From sequence record PZ445419.1: a stretch of DNA of 44,882 bases, one strand, 5' to 3'. The DNA comes from a phage. Below the pieces are notes generated by a model that saw only the letters and a program-made list of their open reading frames with translations, made no database searches and was not told the origin of the DNA. Shown piece by piece: positions 19,601-27,376 of this stretch. The first letter of the stretch is position 1. Each line of letters starts with the position of its first letter. The position numbers and the translations under genes are program-made.

Positions 19601-20076
19601 TTAACCACTCCGGTGGTAGCGCAACGTACAGCCTTAAGGCGGGCGTGACGTACAACGGGACTTACTACGATGCAGGTATGCAGCTTTCCGTTGTGACGTC
19701 GGGCAGCGCTGTTAAATCCCGCATCGCGTTCAAGGCGGACCAGTTCTACATCATGCACCCGTCTAACGGCACTCTGTCGTCTGCGTTCATTGTTGACGGT
19801 GGGACAGTGTATATTGACACGGCACGCATCAAGAACGCGTCCATAAACTTCGCGCAGATCACGGACACGCTGCAATCGAATAACTTCGCATCAGGGTCAC
19901 GCGGCTGGCGTATCTGGAAAGGCGGCGCTGCGGAGTTTAACGAAGTAACGGTCCGCGGCAACCTGTACGCCACATCGGGTAACTTCGGGTTTTCTGGTGG
20001 GACCGTGACGATCGATAAGACAGGCGTAAACGTTCCGTTACCCGGCGGGGGACGGGTGAAAGTGGGGACTTGGTAA
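16630..20076 (+). CDS. central tail fibre / host specificity protein (lambda gpJ-like)
   Basis: 1148-aa ORF at the end of the tail-tip block, followed by a terminator. Confidence 0.8.
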   Translation: MTIIYDVTGHKGGGGKQHTPQETPDSLHSLAKIRILLALGEGEFESITSASELRQRVYLDGTPIQNADLSENFPGARVEFRPGTQHQDVIHGFSAVESEQSVGVKLENGTPWVRQINDTSLDAVRIRIGIPALYTNEDNGDLVGGRIDYKIVVYTDNADPREFRFAAVGKTMSLYERDHRIELPPNVNTGWRVEVHRITADSTSAKVVNDIQVQSITEIIDARLRYPLTALLFVEFDAKAFQNIPRVSIKCKGRKVLVPNNYDPINHTYSGDWDGTFKRAWTDNPAWHWYDICITERFGLGRRIKPQMLNRYALYQIAQRCDQLVSDGNGGREIRFKNDMYIQSQTDAWTVLKDLAAIFAGMTWWGNQMLNIVSDQPVAAVSHTITNASVIDGRFDYASGSQKTRYSTFAVAYGNPKNHYEDAIATGQRVELVRRHKINRLDITAIGCTRESEAQRRGHWALISNQLDQQVSFKVGMEGLFFIPGSVVAIADTNISGGFETRGGRLLSDPGTRTVLNTDSEITFRPGDKFLVRTDSGNVETREIASVNGNKVTLKTALDADPIPDQPFCVDGNDIQLQKFRITDLEYDDSTSTFSVRGIEYNDSKYDAVDNGARLDPGIFTQVPDGVMKGPESVTITPSQISSQGQLITNVDIVFPPVKDAVVYEIQWRRTSLQNMAVQWGNDWVNIPRTASNGAHIPNVFSGNYQARVRAIGMGEISSPWVSSAITPVEGRLGGLNAPIITNAISGLHQILWKWNHNNAATDISYTELEVRKTGETEWKFLTNVPYPGAEYAQTSLEFGIYQQLRARVADKIGNLSDWSDPFEGQVSDNVDEYMKGLDDEFLTSEDGKRFQEAIDTMPQGIYEAMLTDAQQLFNARAEYKGIYAEISVAYNVAADAHQAVAQLETLIGTRLDDAEAAIHTLQTAQSTQEQAFAQYQQTVAAKFSEQEAAIQSVQTATADVAGALAEYKTQVAAQFGQQSAAIEQKMTSSFNHSGGSATYSLKAGVTYNGTYYDAGMQLSVVTSGSAVKSRIAFKADQFYIMHPSNGTLSSAFIVDGGTVYIDTARIKNASINFAQITDTLQSNNFASGSRGWRIWKGGAAEFNEVTVRGNLYATSGNFGFSGGTVTIDKTGVNVPLPGGGRVKVGTW

Positions 20077-20082
20077 ATGCGA

Positions 20083-20104
20083 AGGGGCCATCCGGCCCCT
20101 TTTT
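20083..20104. terminator. terminator hairpin between convergent genes (near-identical to 23198-23221)
   Basis: AGGGGCC-atcc-GGCCCCT followed by TTTT; 3 bp after the J-like stop and overlapping the stop of the minus-strand gene. Confidence 0.65.
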
Positions 20105-21068
20105 AATACATATTCGGGATGACGAGTAGCGGGGTAGGTACGGCAATATTTTTACCTGGCATCTGGAATTGCCGCCGTGAGTAGTTGCCGATGACGCGGT
20201 TTTTAGCGACGCGCACATTATTACCCGCCATGCGTATCCCGTTCATTCGAACGTGGTTATAGCCCCCGTTGTTCTGAATCAGCGCGCCGGTGTATGAAAG
20301 CTGGATCAGGCTGTTTCCAATATTCTGGTCGCTCGTTCCGATGTTAATAGTGCGGTCATATACGAACGGCTTGTTCACCGTCGAGAACGTGACCTGATTC
20401 TGGTTATTCGTCATGGTGATGCCAGTCCCCGGAGTGGGGGGTGTATTGTTGAATATTACAAGGTCCATGTCCACCGAAGCCGCCACATCGTCGATGCCAC
20501 CGTAGGACGCGTTGCGGACGATAATACTGCCGCCATCGAAGCCTACTGATACGTTGCCGTCATCCCAGCGGGCGAACGGAACACCACTAACAGGCAAGGC
20601 CATACTCCCGTTGACGCGCACGCGCTTTGCGTATCTGCAGGTCATCAGCTTCGCCACGTTGGATATTGCGGTGAAGTCCGTCGAGTTTGCCACCAGTAAA
20701 CCAGCGTTACGCGACCCAACCGGCAGCACTTCCATTATGACGCCCGCCCATTGTGGTAAACCAGAGTACGCGCCATACGCATCATCCCCGCGCAGGGTTA
20801 TTCCGCTATTACCGTTGCGCGTAACCGACGTAACGTAAAACGGATCGGGTATTACCAGGGTCTGGTCGAATACCTCAATCACTTCTACCGGGCGAGTGAG
20901 AGCGACGACGACCTGCGACCCCGCCGTAAGAGGGGTGTTAATGGTTAGCGTCTTGTTGGACTGTGCCCGCTGGTTAAAGCTGGTGCAGTATGACGGCGCG
21001 CGAAGTCCCGCGGTGATCTCCATGCGCGGTCTTCCGTCGTTATAGTCGATAAGTATTCCAGCGCCCAT
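20103..21068 (-). CDS. hypothetical Asn/Gly/Ser/Thr/Val-rich beta-type protein (possible receptor-binding or exclusion partner)
   Basis: 321-aa ORF from ATG 21068 with GGGAG RBS (track starts at GTG 21077); opposite strand to the tail genes, directly downstream of the lipoprotein gene; no catalytic motif recognised. Confidence 0.55.
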   Translation of the reverse strand: MGAGILIDYNDGRPRMEITAGLRAPSYCTSFNQRAQSNKTLTINTPLTAGSQVVVALTRPVEVIEVFDQTLVIPDPFYVTSVTRNGNSGITLRGDDAYGAYSGLPQWAGVIMEVLPVGSRNAGLLVANSTDFTAISNVAKLMTCRYAKRVRVNGSMALPVSGVPFARWDDGNVSVGFDGGSIIVRNASYGGIDDVAASVDMDLVIFNNTPPTPGTGITMTNNQNQVTFSTVNKPFVYDRTINIGTSDQNIGNSLIQLSYTGALIQNNGGYNHVRMNGIRMAGNNVRVAKNRVIGNYSRRQFQMPGKNIAVPTPLLVIPNMY

Positions 21069-21070
21069 TA

Positions 21071-21292
21071 TTACCACTCCCGTGATTTAACTGATACTGT
21101 GCCTGAGAAATTGCCGTCGCTATCTGAAGACAGCCCCGTGAATCGCATGTCCACATCTCCTGCCGGGACTTTTTGCCCATCAACGTAGCGCAACATGCAG
21201 CTACCGTACGCAACCGTAATGCAATCGCCGTTGTTGCGTTCTACGGCGCAACCGGATAAAAGAACCGCACAAATCATAATTAAAGTTTTCAT
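21071..21292 (-). CDS. small lipoprotein; candidate Cor/Llp-type superinfection-exclusion protein
   Basis: 73-aa ORF with signal peptide and lipobox MKTLIMICAVLLSGC, AGGGGA RBS; reverse-oriented next to receptor-recognition genes. Confidence 0.6.
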   Translation of the reverse strand: MKTLIMICAVLLSGCAVERNNGDCITVAYGSCMLRYVDGQKVPAGDVDMRFTGLSSDSDGNFSGTVSVKSREW

Positions 21293-21372
21293 GGTATCAT
21301 CCCCTATATTTGGTTGAGTTTTAGTATTACACCGCTCAACCAGGATTGCAACCAATTTAAGAGGATTCAGCT

Positions 21373-23193
21373 ATGGCAGCGGGTACGCTATCGGTAACGA
21401 ATAATAGCAAGGCGGTAGTAGGGGTCGGCACAACGTTTACCGCGTTTAAAGCGGGCGACTTCTTAACGCTGGTGGTAGGACAAGTCCCATACACCGTGGC
21501 AATCGCGTCCATTGAAAGCGCAACCGCGCTCACGCTGGTACTGCCGTTCGACGGCCCAACGGCAACCGGCCTTGCGTGGGATGGCGTTAAGCGCGATACC
21601 ATGTCGCTGGCAACGATGGGCGTTACCGTACAGGCCCAAAAAGCATTGCGCTTGATGATTGCAGATGAAAACAACTGGCGTGCAATCTTCGGCGATGCTG
21701 AAGAAATCACAGTCACGCTCCCGAACGGGCAAGTTATGCAGGGTATGTCGTGGGGCTACCTGTCGTCTTTGCTGAAGGAAGTAGACCCCGTTGAGATGCG
21801 CAACCTGCAACAACAAGCCGCCGCATCGGAAGCAGCCGCGCAAGGATTCCGTAACGAGGCGGAAGGCTTCAAGAACGACGCCAACACCATCAAGACGCAG
21901 ACCAGCCAACTTAAGGCAGATACGCAGGCGATCAAGGACCAGACCACTCAACTTAAGGCAGATACGCAGGCGATCAAGGACCAAACGAATCAGATCAAGA
22001 CTGACACTGGCGTTATTCGTGATGAAGCCAATACCGCGAAGGAGGACGCGCAAGCTGCCCGCACTGCCGCGCAAGGATTTCGCAATGAGGCCGAACAATT
22101 CGCTAATAGTGTTAACCCGGAAAACCTACTTGCGAAGGCCAACAACTTAAGTGATGTTGCGGATGTGGCTGTGGCGCGCGAAAACATTGGTGTAGACCGC
22201 CTAACGCAAAACATAACCAGCGGCGAAACACAAATCAGGACTGCGGCGAAGAATAAATGGATCTTCGTTAAGGAAAATGGCGACTGGGGCGGGTGGGATA
22301 ATGCCAACAATAAAGCCATGCCGCTGCCGATTGCATTCGGTGGTACGGGGCGCGGCGATAACGTCGCCGAGTTCCGCCAATTCAAATCAAACGGCGACAC
22401 CCAAGATGGGTTAATCATTACGCAGAACGGGTCTGGATTTGGTGGTGTATGCTGGGGGGATTCCGCCGATAAAGTACGCTGGCGCATGGGGATTAACGAC
22501 GCCGCGGGTAATTTTAAGTTGCACTCATATGACGCGTCGGGCGCGTACCGCGATACCTTTATGGAGATCTCTGGATCGGGGATAAGCGGCATGGTGTGTC
22601 ATCGAGATATCACGGTCCGCCCAACAGCGACAGCTCCAGTGTTGTCTTTCGTCCTAAACAACGGAAAAGCTACCGTCCCGGCTGGTAACGTCCGCACGAT
22701 GTGGGATACGGTTAGTATCAAGAGTAACCTGATCTATAAATATTTTGAGAAGGGAGACGGCACTGGCTTCACAGTCAACTGGCCCTCATCTGGTGGTGTT
22801 ATTGCCCTCCAGGGTACATCGGGGCGGGACTTTAAGAAAGATATTACCGACGCGGACGTTACAGAAGCGGTTGCACGCATTGAACAAATGCGCATGGTGC
22901 GCTACGTGTATAAGGACGATGTGCAGGAGCGCGTCCGCTTCGGCATCATTGCCGAGGAAGCAGAAGAGATTGCGCCTCAATACATCAAACACCGTGAGGA
23001 GACGTACGATGTGGAGGTGGACCCCGAGACTAACGCTATCATCGGCGGTAAAACCCGAGACAGGCCATCGGTGGACGTAAACCCGATCGTTATGGATTTA
23101 ATGGGGTGCGCACAATATGCGATCGCTGAGTGTAAACGCCTGGCGGCGGAAGTGGAGGATTTGAAAGCCGAGATCGCGGCGTTGAAGAAATAA
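21373..23193 (+). CDS. side tail fibre protein with possible C-terminal intramolecular chaperone domain
   Basis: 606-aa ORF with Q/T/K-rich tandem repeats (QLKADTQAIKDQT x2) and a C-terminal region resembling self-cleaving S74-type fibre chaperone domains; followed by a terminator. Confidence 0.7.
   Translation: MAAGTLSVTNNSKAVVGVGTTFTAFKAGDFLTLVVGQVPYTVAIASIESATALTLVLPFDGPTATGLAWDGVKRDTMSLATMGVTVQAQKALRLMIADENNWRAIFGDAEEITVTLPNGQVMQGMSWGYLSSLLKEVDPVEMRNLQQQAAASEAAAQGFRNEAEGFKNDANTIKTQTSQLKADTQAIKDQTTQLKADTQAIKDQTNQIKTDTGVIRDEANTAKEDAQAARTAAQGFRNEAEQFANSVNPENLLAKANNLSDVADVAVARENIGVDRLTQNITSGETQIRTAAKNKWIFVKENGDWGGWDNANNKAMPLPIAFGGTGRGDNVAEFRQFKSNGDTQDGLIITQNGSGFGGVCWGDSADKVRWRMGINDAAGNFKLHSYDASGAYRDTFMEISGSGISGMVCHRDITVRPTATAPVLSFVLNNGKATVPAGNVRTMWDTVSIKSNLIYKYFEKGDGTGFTVNWPSSGGVIALQGTSGRDFKKDITDADVTEAVARIEQMRMVRYVYKDDVQERVRFGIIAEEAEEIAPQYIKHREETYDVEVDPETNAIIGGKTRDRPSVDVNPIVMDLMGCAQYAIAECKRLAAEVEDLKAEIAALKK
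21906..21989 (+). repeat. 42-bp in-frame tandem duplication inside the tail-fibre gene
   Basis: CAACTTAAGGCAGATACGCAGGCGATCAAGGACCA present twice in tandem with minor changes. Confidence 0.6.
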
Positions 23194-23197
23194 TTAG

Positions 23198-23221
23198 AAG
23201 GGGCCATGCGGCCCCTTTTTT
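23198..23221. terminator. terminator hairpin between convergent genes (near-identical to 20083-20104)
   Basis: AAGGGGCC-atgc-GGCCCCTT followed by TTTTTT; lies between the fibre stop (23193) and the stop of the minus-strand early operon (23220). Confidence 0.7.
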
Positions 23222-23795
23222 AGTTTGAGTTTTCCCAATCCATTTTGCGCCGCACCAGGGGGCTTTCGTAGTATTCCTTTCCTTCCACTTCCAATAAAGG
23301 CCAGTCATTAACAATCACGTATGGCTCCGCAATATCCTCGATCACGCCATGCGCGCTTTGCGGCCCTAACGACACACCAACCAGGATAACACCGGCAACA
23401 CGACGGGCAAGATACTCGCGAGCGCAGCGTGCCTCTACCAGTCCGCGACGGATGCCGCTGGTGGCCTTAACTTCGTAGGTCCATACGGCATCGATCACAT
23501 GCTCGCGGAAGTCTGGACCGGTCTTAACCTTGCGTTTGCCAACCATGATGATATCGCCGCGGTCAATGGTATTGGCGCTAAACAAGCCGGTACGCATAAG
23601 CAAACCTTGCGGTATGCAACTACGCCCGCCCGCCTGCCCTTCAAGGTACATGCCTGCAAACATCTCGCCCAGCACACCGACAAGACGGCTTTGCTTGCAC
23701 GCGTCAGACTTGTATCTCCACTGGTCAAACTCGATGCTTGCTATCATTGCCGCCAGGTGGAATTGTTTACCAGATATTTCGTATTCGCCGTACAT
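23220..23795 (-). CDS. hypothetical protein (possible PD-(D/E)XK-like motif)
   Basis: 191-aa ORF, last gene of the minus-strand block; D...EVK spacing in IDAVWTYEVKAT is reminiscent of a nuclease motif, weak. Confidence 0.45.
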   Translation of the reverse strand: MYGEYEISGKQFHLAAMIASIEFDQWRYKSDACKQSRLVGVLGEMFAGMYLEGQAGGRSCIPQGLLMRTGLFSANTIDRGDIIMVGKRKVKTGPDFREHVIDAVWTYEVKATSGIRRGLVEARCAREYLARRVAGVILVGVSLGPQSAHGVIEDIAEPYVIVNDWPLLEVEGKEYYESPLVRRKMDWENSN

Positions 23796-23837
23796 TGTGG
23801 ATCCTTCATTGATGCGGGCCGAAGCCCGCTATTAGCA

Positions 23838-24359
23838 TTATTTAAGTGCGCCAGTCACCAGTGTTTTTTCCATGTTACGGAAATCTTCCTGCGTCATGCA
23901 GATTTTCGATCCGTCTTCGCCGGTGAGTACGACCATAGGCTGGACGTCCTGGGATACGACGCCGAAATCGGCGGCTTTGACAGTCTTGCCCGCAGATGCC
24001 GAAGGACGCCACGTTCCGCCGGTGGAGATGGGCCAGCCTTTGAGGCTGTCGAATTGTGCTGCCGTTGTATCGATCTGAATCTCGTCATGCACGGTCATGT
24101 AAGACTCACCCAGCAGTGCGGCATATGCTACCAGGTCAACGATGTTATCGTCCTGGTGCTTACGGTGCTGGCGTACCAGCTTCAGGCAGATCAGGAAGGT
24201 CCAGGCTTCTTGCTCGGTAAGGTCGCGACCGGTAAGCGCGTTAAACACGGCAGCGATCTGCTTAGCACTGCGTTCTTCTTTCGCGTTGTCATAGCCATTC
24301 TCTTTCCCGCGCTGTTCCATAGTGGTGGCGGCGTTTTTGCAGTATTCGTATGCTTTCAT
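23838..24359 (-). CDS. hypothetical protein
   Basis: 173-aa ORF with AAAGGAAA RBS directly downstream of a palindromic promoter/operator. Confidence 0.55.
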   Translation of the reverse strand: MKAYEYCKNAATTMEQRGKENGYDNAKEERSAKQIAAVFNALTGRDLTEQEAWTFLICLKLVRQHRKHQDDNIVDLVAYAALLGESYMTVHDEIQIDTTAAQFDSLKGWPISTGGTWRPSASAGKTVKAADFGVVSQDVQPMVVLTGEDGSKICMTQEDFRNMEKTLVTGALK

Positions 24360-24401
24360 GATGTTTTTCCTTTAGCGGGGCCGTATTGCCCCGACGAGTT
24401 A

Positions 24402-24431
24402 AATATAATGCAACCAACCTATTGGTTGCAA
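24402..24431 (-). promoter_or_regulatory. candidate sigma70-type promoter overlapping a palindromic ATTGGTTGC operator
   Basis: Minus strand TTGCAA-18 nt-TATATT; spacer is the perfect inverted repeat TGCAACCAA-tagg-TTGGTTGCA (24409-24430); GC hairpin in the leader at 24376-24395. Confidence 0.45.
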
Positions 24432-24889
24432 GTGAATTTTGCAACGTTAATTGCGTAAATTTTCGGGACCAGATCGCTGCACGCCCGACGAATTGCCGCG
24501 ATGTTCTTCGGGCAGTCCTCAATGATGACCAGTTCAGACACGTCCGCGTAGCAGACCATTTTGAACACGGCGCACGCCTTAAACTCAGGCGGTGGGGTGT
24601 CGTCCAACATGTGGCGCATAAACAACCGGCCTGTCGGGAATACTTCCAGTTGCTCGGCGGTAGTCTCCCAACATTCGCGCTGCCGGTTAGTCAGATACGC
24701 TATCTCGAAGCCTTGCTCTTTGTACATGCGCAGCAGCGGCAGCATATCCATGTTCAGGTCTTCGCGGACGTGCGCTTTGTGCCACTTTGCCCAAAAGGTT
24801 GATTTCGTTTTTATGCCCGGCACCAGGTCGGCGCGTGCATCACTCGAACCATTAATAACGCCATCCAAATCGCAAATCAGTAATTTCAT
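24419..24889 (-). CDS. HAD-superfamily phosphatase-like protein
   Basis: 156-aa ORF beginning MKLLICDLDGVING (HAD motif I DxDGx). Confidence 0.55.
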   Translation of the reverse strand: MKLLICDLDGVINGSSDARADLVPGIKTKSTFWAKWHKAHVREDLNMDMLPLLRMYKEQGFEIAYLTNRQRECWETTAEQLEVFPTGRLFMRHMLDDTPPPEFKACAVFKMVCYADVSELVIIEDCPKNIAAIRRACSDLVPKIYAINVAKFTCNQ

Positions 24890-25110
24890 TTTAAGCTCTC
24901 AATAAGGGTTTCTCGGGCGCTTCGCGCAGTAAAGGAGTTGCATACGAAATGGCAACGCTGGGTCATGACAAGCCAACCGGTGAGATCAAGGCCCATGATG
25001 CGTCCGGGGTGAGACGCGCGCACCACATGATTGCGTCGCGGGTCAATGCCGTAGTCTTTTTGCATTTGGTCTACGACCGCTGGGTCGCGGTCAACGATTA
25101 AGATATTCAA
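24886..25110 (-). CDS. hypothetical protein
   Basis: 74-aa ORF, translationally coupled to neighbours on the minus strand. Confidence 0.4.
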   Translation of the reverse strand: MNILIVDRDPAVVDQMQKDYGIDPRRNHVVRASHPGRIMGLDLTGWLVMTQRCHFVCNSFTARSARETLIESLK

Positions 25111-25576
25111 GGAGTTCTCCTTCGCTCATTATTTCAATTTGTGCGCTGCCGATTGGTGGCGCTTCGTCAAATATTATCAATTGCTGGCACTTGTTATTGC
25201 TTGGCCCGACTTCGCCGGTGACGGCGTGAATGAATCTAATCCGCCAGTCCAGAAGAATTATCAGGTTTGCAGTCTTCCTGGCCAGCTTCGCCCACTTCGT
25301 CGACGTATCCTGATTCAGTAGCATGACCGTCCGGCGTCCGTGCGCTGCGCACTCTACCCACGGCAGCGGATCGGAATACGGCGGATTGCACCACTTCCAC
25401 CCTTTCAACTCGGACCAGTCCACATCAAGCGCGCTGTGTTCCGCCGTGAAGTAACGCGGTAGCAGATGATTGGCGTCGCTTGCCGCCATATCGTAACGGA
25501 ATCGGTACTTCCGACGAAGCGGTTTAAATAAAGCTGGCGGCGTGCGCCAGCTATCTTTTTGCTCACTCTTCTGCAT
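25091..25576 (-). CDS. dam: DNA N6-adenine methyltransferase (phage Dam-like)
   Basis: 161-aa ORF with WRTPPALF, DMAASDANHLLPRYFT and the catalytic NPPY motif (WCNPPYSD). Confidence 0.75.
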   Translation of the reverse strand: MQKSEQKDSWRTPPALFKPLRRKYRFRYDMAASDANHLLPRYFTAEHSALDVDWSELKGWKWCNPPYSDPLPWVECAAHGRRTVMLLNQDTSTKWAKLARKTANLIILLDWRIRFIHAVTGEVGPSNNKCQQLIIFDEAPPIGSAQIEIMSEGELLEYLNR

Positions 25577-26021
25577 GATCTGGATCTATCGCGTACAGGG
25601 CAATTTTCTTGTCGCTGGACAGAACGCGCCGGACTCGGGCCATATCCGCCGGACCCAGCGGTCGGCTATCGGAATAGTAGCTGCCGTTAGCACGCCACGC
25701 TATCAGCACCAGATCTTTCCGGTCGATCTTAGACTGGCGGCCCTTCGGGCGCACGTATTCCTCGGCCCGTTTGCAATGCTCGCGCAGACCTTCGGCAGTG
25801 ATGCGGTTTAGTGCAACGCTGGTTGTGTATCCGGTGCGCTGCATAATCCCCATCAATTCGAAAAGCAGTTCGAAGCGCTCCTCTAGCTCCTGGCGCACTT
25901 TCTTCTCACCTTCATATAGCGCCTGTTTGGTGTCCGCCAGCGCGTTCGCACGTTCGGCCTGTTCGCGGGCTTCGAGGCATTGCGCGGCCCAGTAATTTTT
26001 CTCTTCTTGTAAAATTTTCAT
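25563..26021 (-). CDS. hypothetical protein
   Basis: 152-aa ORF with coiled-coil-like N-terminus. Confidence 0.5.
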   Translation of the reverse strand: MKILQEEKNYWAAQCLEAREQAERANALADTKQALYEGEKKVRQELEERFELLFELMGIMQRTGYTTSVALNRITAEGLREHCKRAEEYVRPKGRQSKIDRKDLVLIAWRANGSYYSDSRPLGPADMARVRRVLSSDKKIALYAIDPDHAEE

Positions 26022-26264
26022 TTATTTAATCTCCGTAGTGCGAATCTCTTTGCGTGGAATAAATTTGCCGTCCATCTCCACCCAGCAGACTCCGTATCGC
26101 CATTGGGTATTTCGTCCCGTTTGCTCGGGGTATACGGTCTTGCATTCGTAGCGTTCCGTGTAGTAAATAGCCGCGGTAGGTACGCAAATACAAACGGCAA
26201 ACATGAGGAGGAGTATCACCCAAAATCGAAGGTCGCCGTCGTAGTCGAAAAATAATGATTTCAT
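26022..26264 (-). CDS. small membrane protein (hypothetical)
   Basis: 80-aa ORF with one TM segment WVILLLMFAVCICVPTAAIYY and AGGAGA RBS. Confidence 0.5.
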   Translation of the reverse strand: MKSLFFDYDGDLRFWVILLLMFAVCICVPTAAIYYTERYECKTVYPEQTGRNTQWRYGVCWVEMDGKFIPRKEIRTTEIK

Positions 26265-26283
26265 CGCGTTGTCTCCTGGTATT

Positions 26284-26309
26284 AAAAAGGGCGTCCAAAC
26301 CGGACACCC
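26284..26309 (-). terminator. terminator-like hairpin in intergenic leader
   Basis: Minus strand GGGTGTCC-ggttt-GGACGCCC followed by TTTTT, between two tandem ATTGGTTGCAT motifs and the RBS of the downstream gene. Confidence 0.45.
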
Positions 26310-26345
26310 TCAATATAATGCAACCAATATGATTATGCAACCAAT

Positions 26346-26669
26346 TTACGCATAAAAGTTCGGGTCGCGTGCAACGTCTACCAGGTAAAGGTTGCTTATG
26401 CGGTTGCCGTAGTGCCCTGGAGTGCGCTGGCGGCACACAACGGCGAAGCCTGGAGGGATTGTATTGCCCGTCTCAATAATCCACGCCACGCGTGCGCCAG
26501 ACAGCGTCTTTCCGTTGCATTCGATACGTGTTCCGCCGTCGGCAGTATTGATGTTGCCAATCTTGCAGCCGGTGGACTTCAGACGGATGACTCCGGTTTT
26601 GCTGTCGTAGGTGAATAGCTGGTTAGTCATTGCGACCGAAAAATCAATGGTTTCGTATGTAGCGTTCAT
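26346..26669 (-). CDS. HNH-family endonuclease-like protein (putative homing endonuclease)
   Basis: 107-aa ORF; C-terminal PGHYGNRISNLYLVD resembles the HNH_3 signature and the N-terminal half resembles NUMOD4-type modules; His/Asp catalytic residues not cleanly identified. Confidence 0.45.
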   Translation of the reverse strand: MNATYETIDFSVAMTNQLFTYDSKTGVIRLKSTGCKIGNINTADGGTRIECNGKTLSGARVAWIIETGNTIPPGFAVVCRQRTPGHYGNRISNLYLVDVARDPNFYA

Positions 26670-27376
26670 TTTAAATTTTCCTCGTTAACCGCTATCGCGA
26701 AGCCGCGCGGAGTGAGCGACCGGATTAATTTTGTGCGGGCTGATTTACCACCGAGGCGACTATACTGTTTCGAGTACCCTTTTTCAACGAAAACAGGTCT
26801 CTTCTCTGGCATACGGAAGCCGTTGCCGGTCCATAAGCAGGTCAGCTTCGGATATGAATCGCGGGCGTTGATGTATTCCGGGAAGAGCGGGTGTACGTCA
26901 TCCTCCGGCAGATAGCCCCCATACTCCCACGGGTCGAACGAGTGATCCGGCTTGCGCCACTGGGTGGAAAGCACACTGCGCGGATTCTCAATCATATATG
27001 GCACTTCGAAGAAGTCACCCAGGTAAGCGGCGATCTTCGCGGTGCGCACCGCCTTAAGCTGAAAGGCTGGGTCTTTCGCACGCTTGCGCGGGAAAGCTGG
27101 CGCGCCGCTCACTGCCAGATCCGTACACGGAGGGAACGCGTAGATGATATCCGGCGTACCGAAATCGCCATTCATCGCGCGGTCCACGAAGTCCAGATCG
27201 ATAAACTCATTGCGATAGCGGATTCCGCGACCATAGATCCGGTAGTCAAGGTAAGACCCGTGGTCGGCTTCGGAGTAGTTGAAGCAATAACACTTATGCC
27301 CCATCTCGGCGGCACGCTCAATCATCAAGCCGCTGCCGTCAAACAGTGACCAGATTGTCATTTTAGCAATAGTCAT
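26666..27376 (-). CDS. SAM-dependent DNA methyltransferase-like protein (C5-cytosine-type motifs)
   Basis: 236-aa ORF with motif I-like SLFDGSG, a PC dipeptide in FPPCTDLAVSG and an ENV-like IENPRS; shorter than typical C5 methyltransferases. Confidence 0.45.
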   Translation of the reverse strand: MTIAKMTIWSLFDGSGLMIERAAEMGHKCYCFNYSEADHGSYLDYRIYGRGIRYRNEFIDLDFVDRAMNGDFGTPDIIYAFPPCTDLAVSGAPAFPRKRAKDPAFQLKAVRTAKIAAYLGDFFEVPYMIENPRSVLSTQWRKPDHSFDPWEYGGYLPEDDVHPLFPEYINARDSYPKLTCLWTGNGFRMPEKRPVFVEKGYSKQYSRLGGKSARTKLIRSLTPRGFAIAVNEENLK

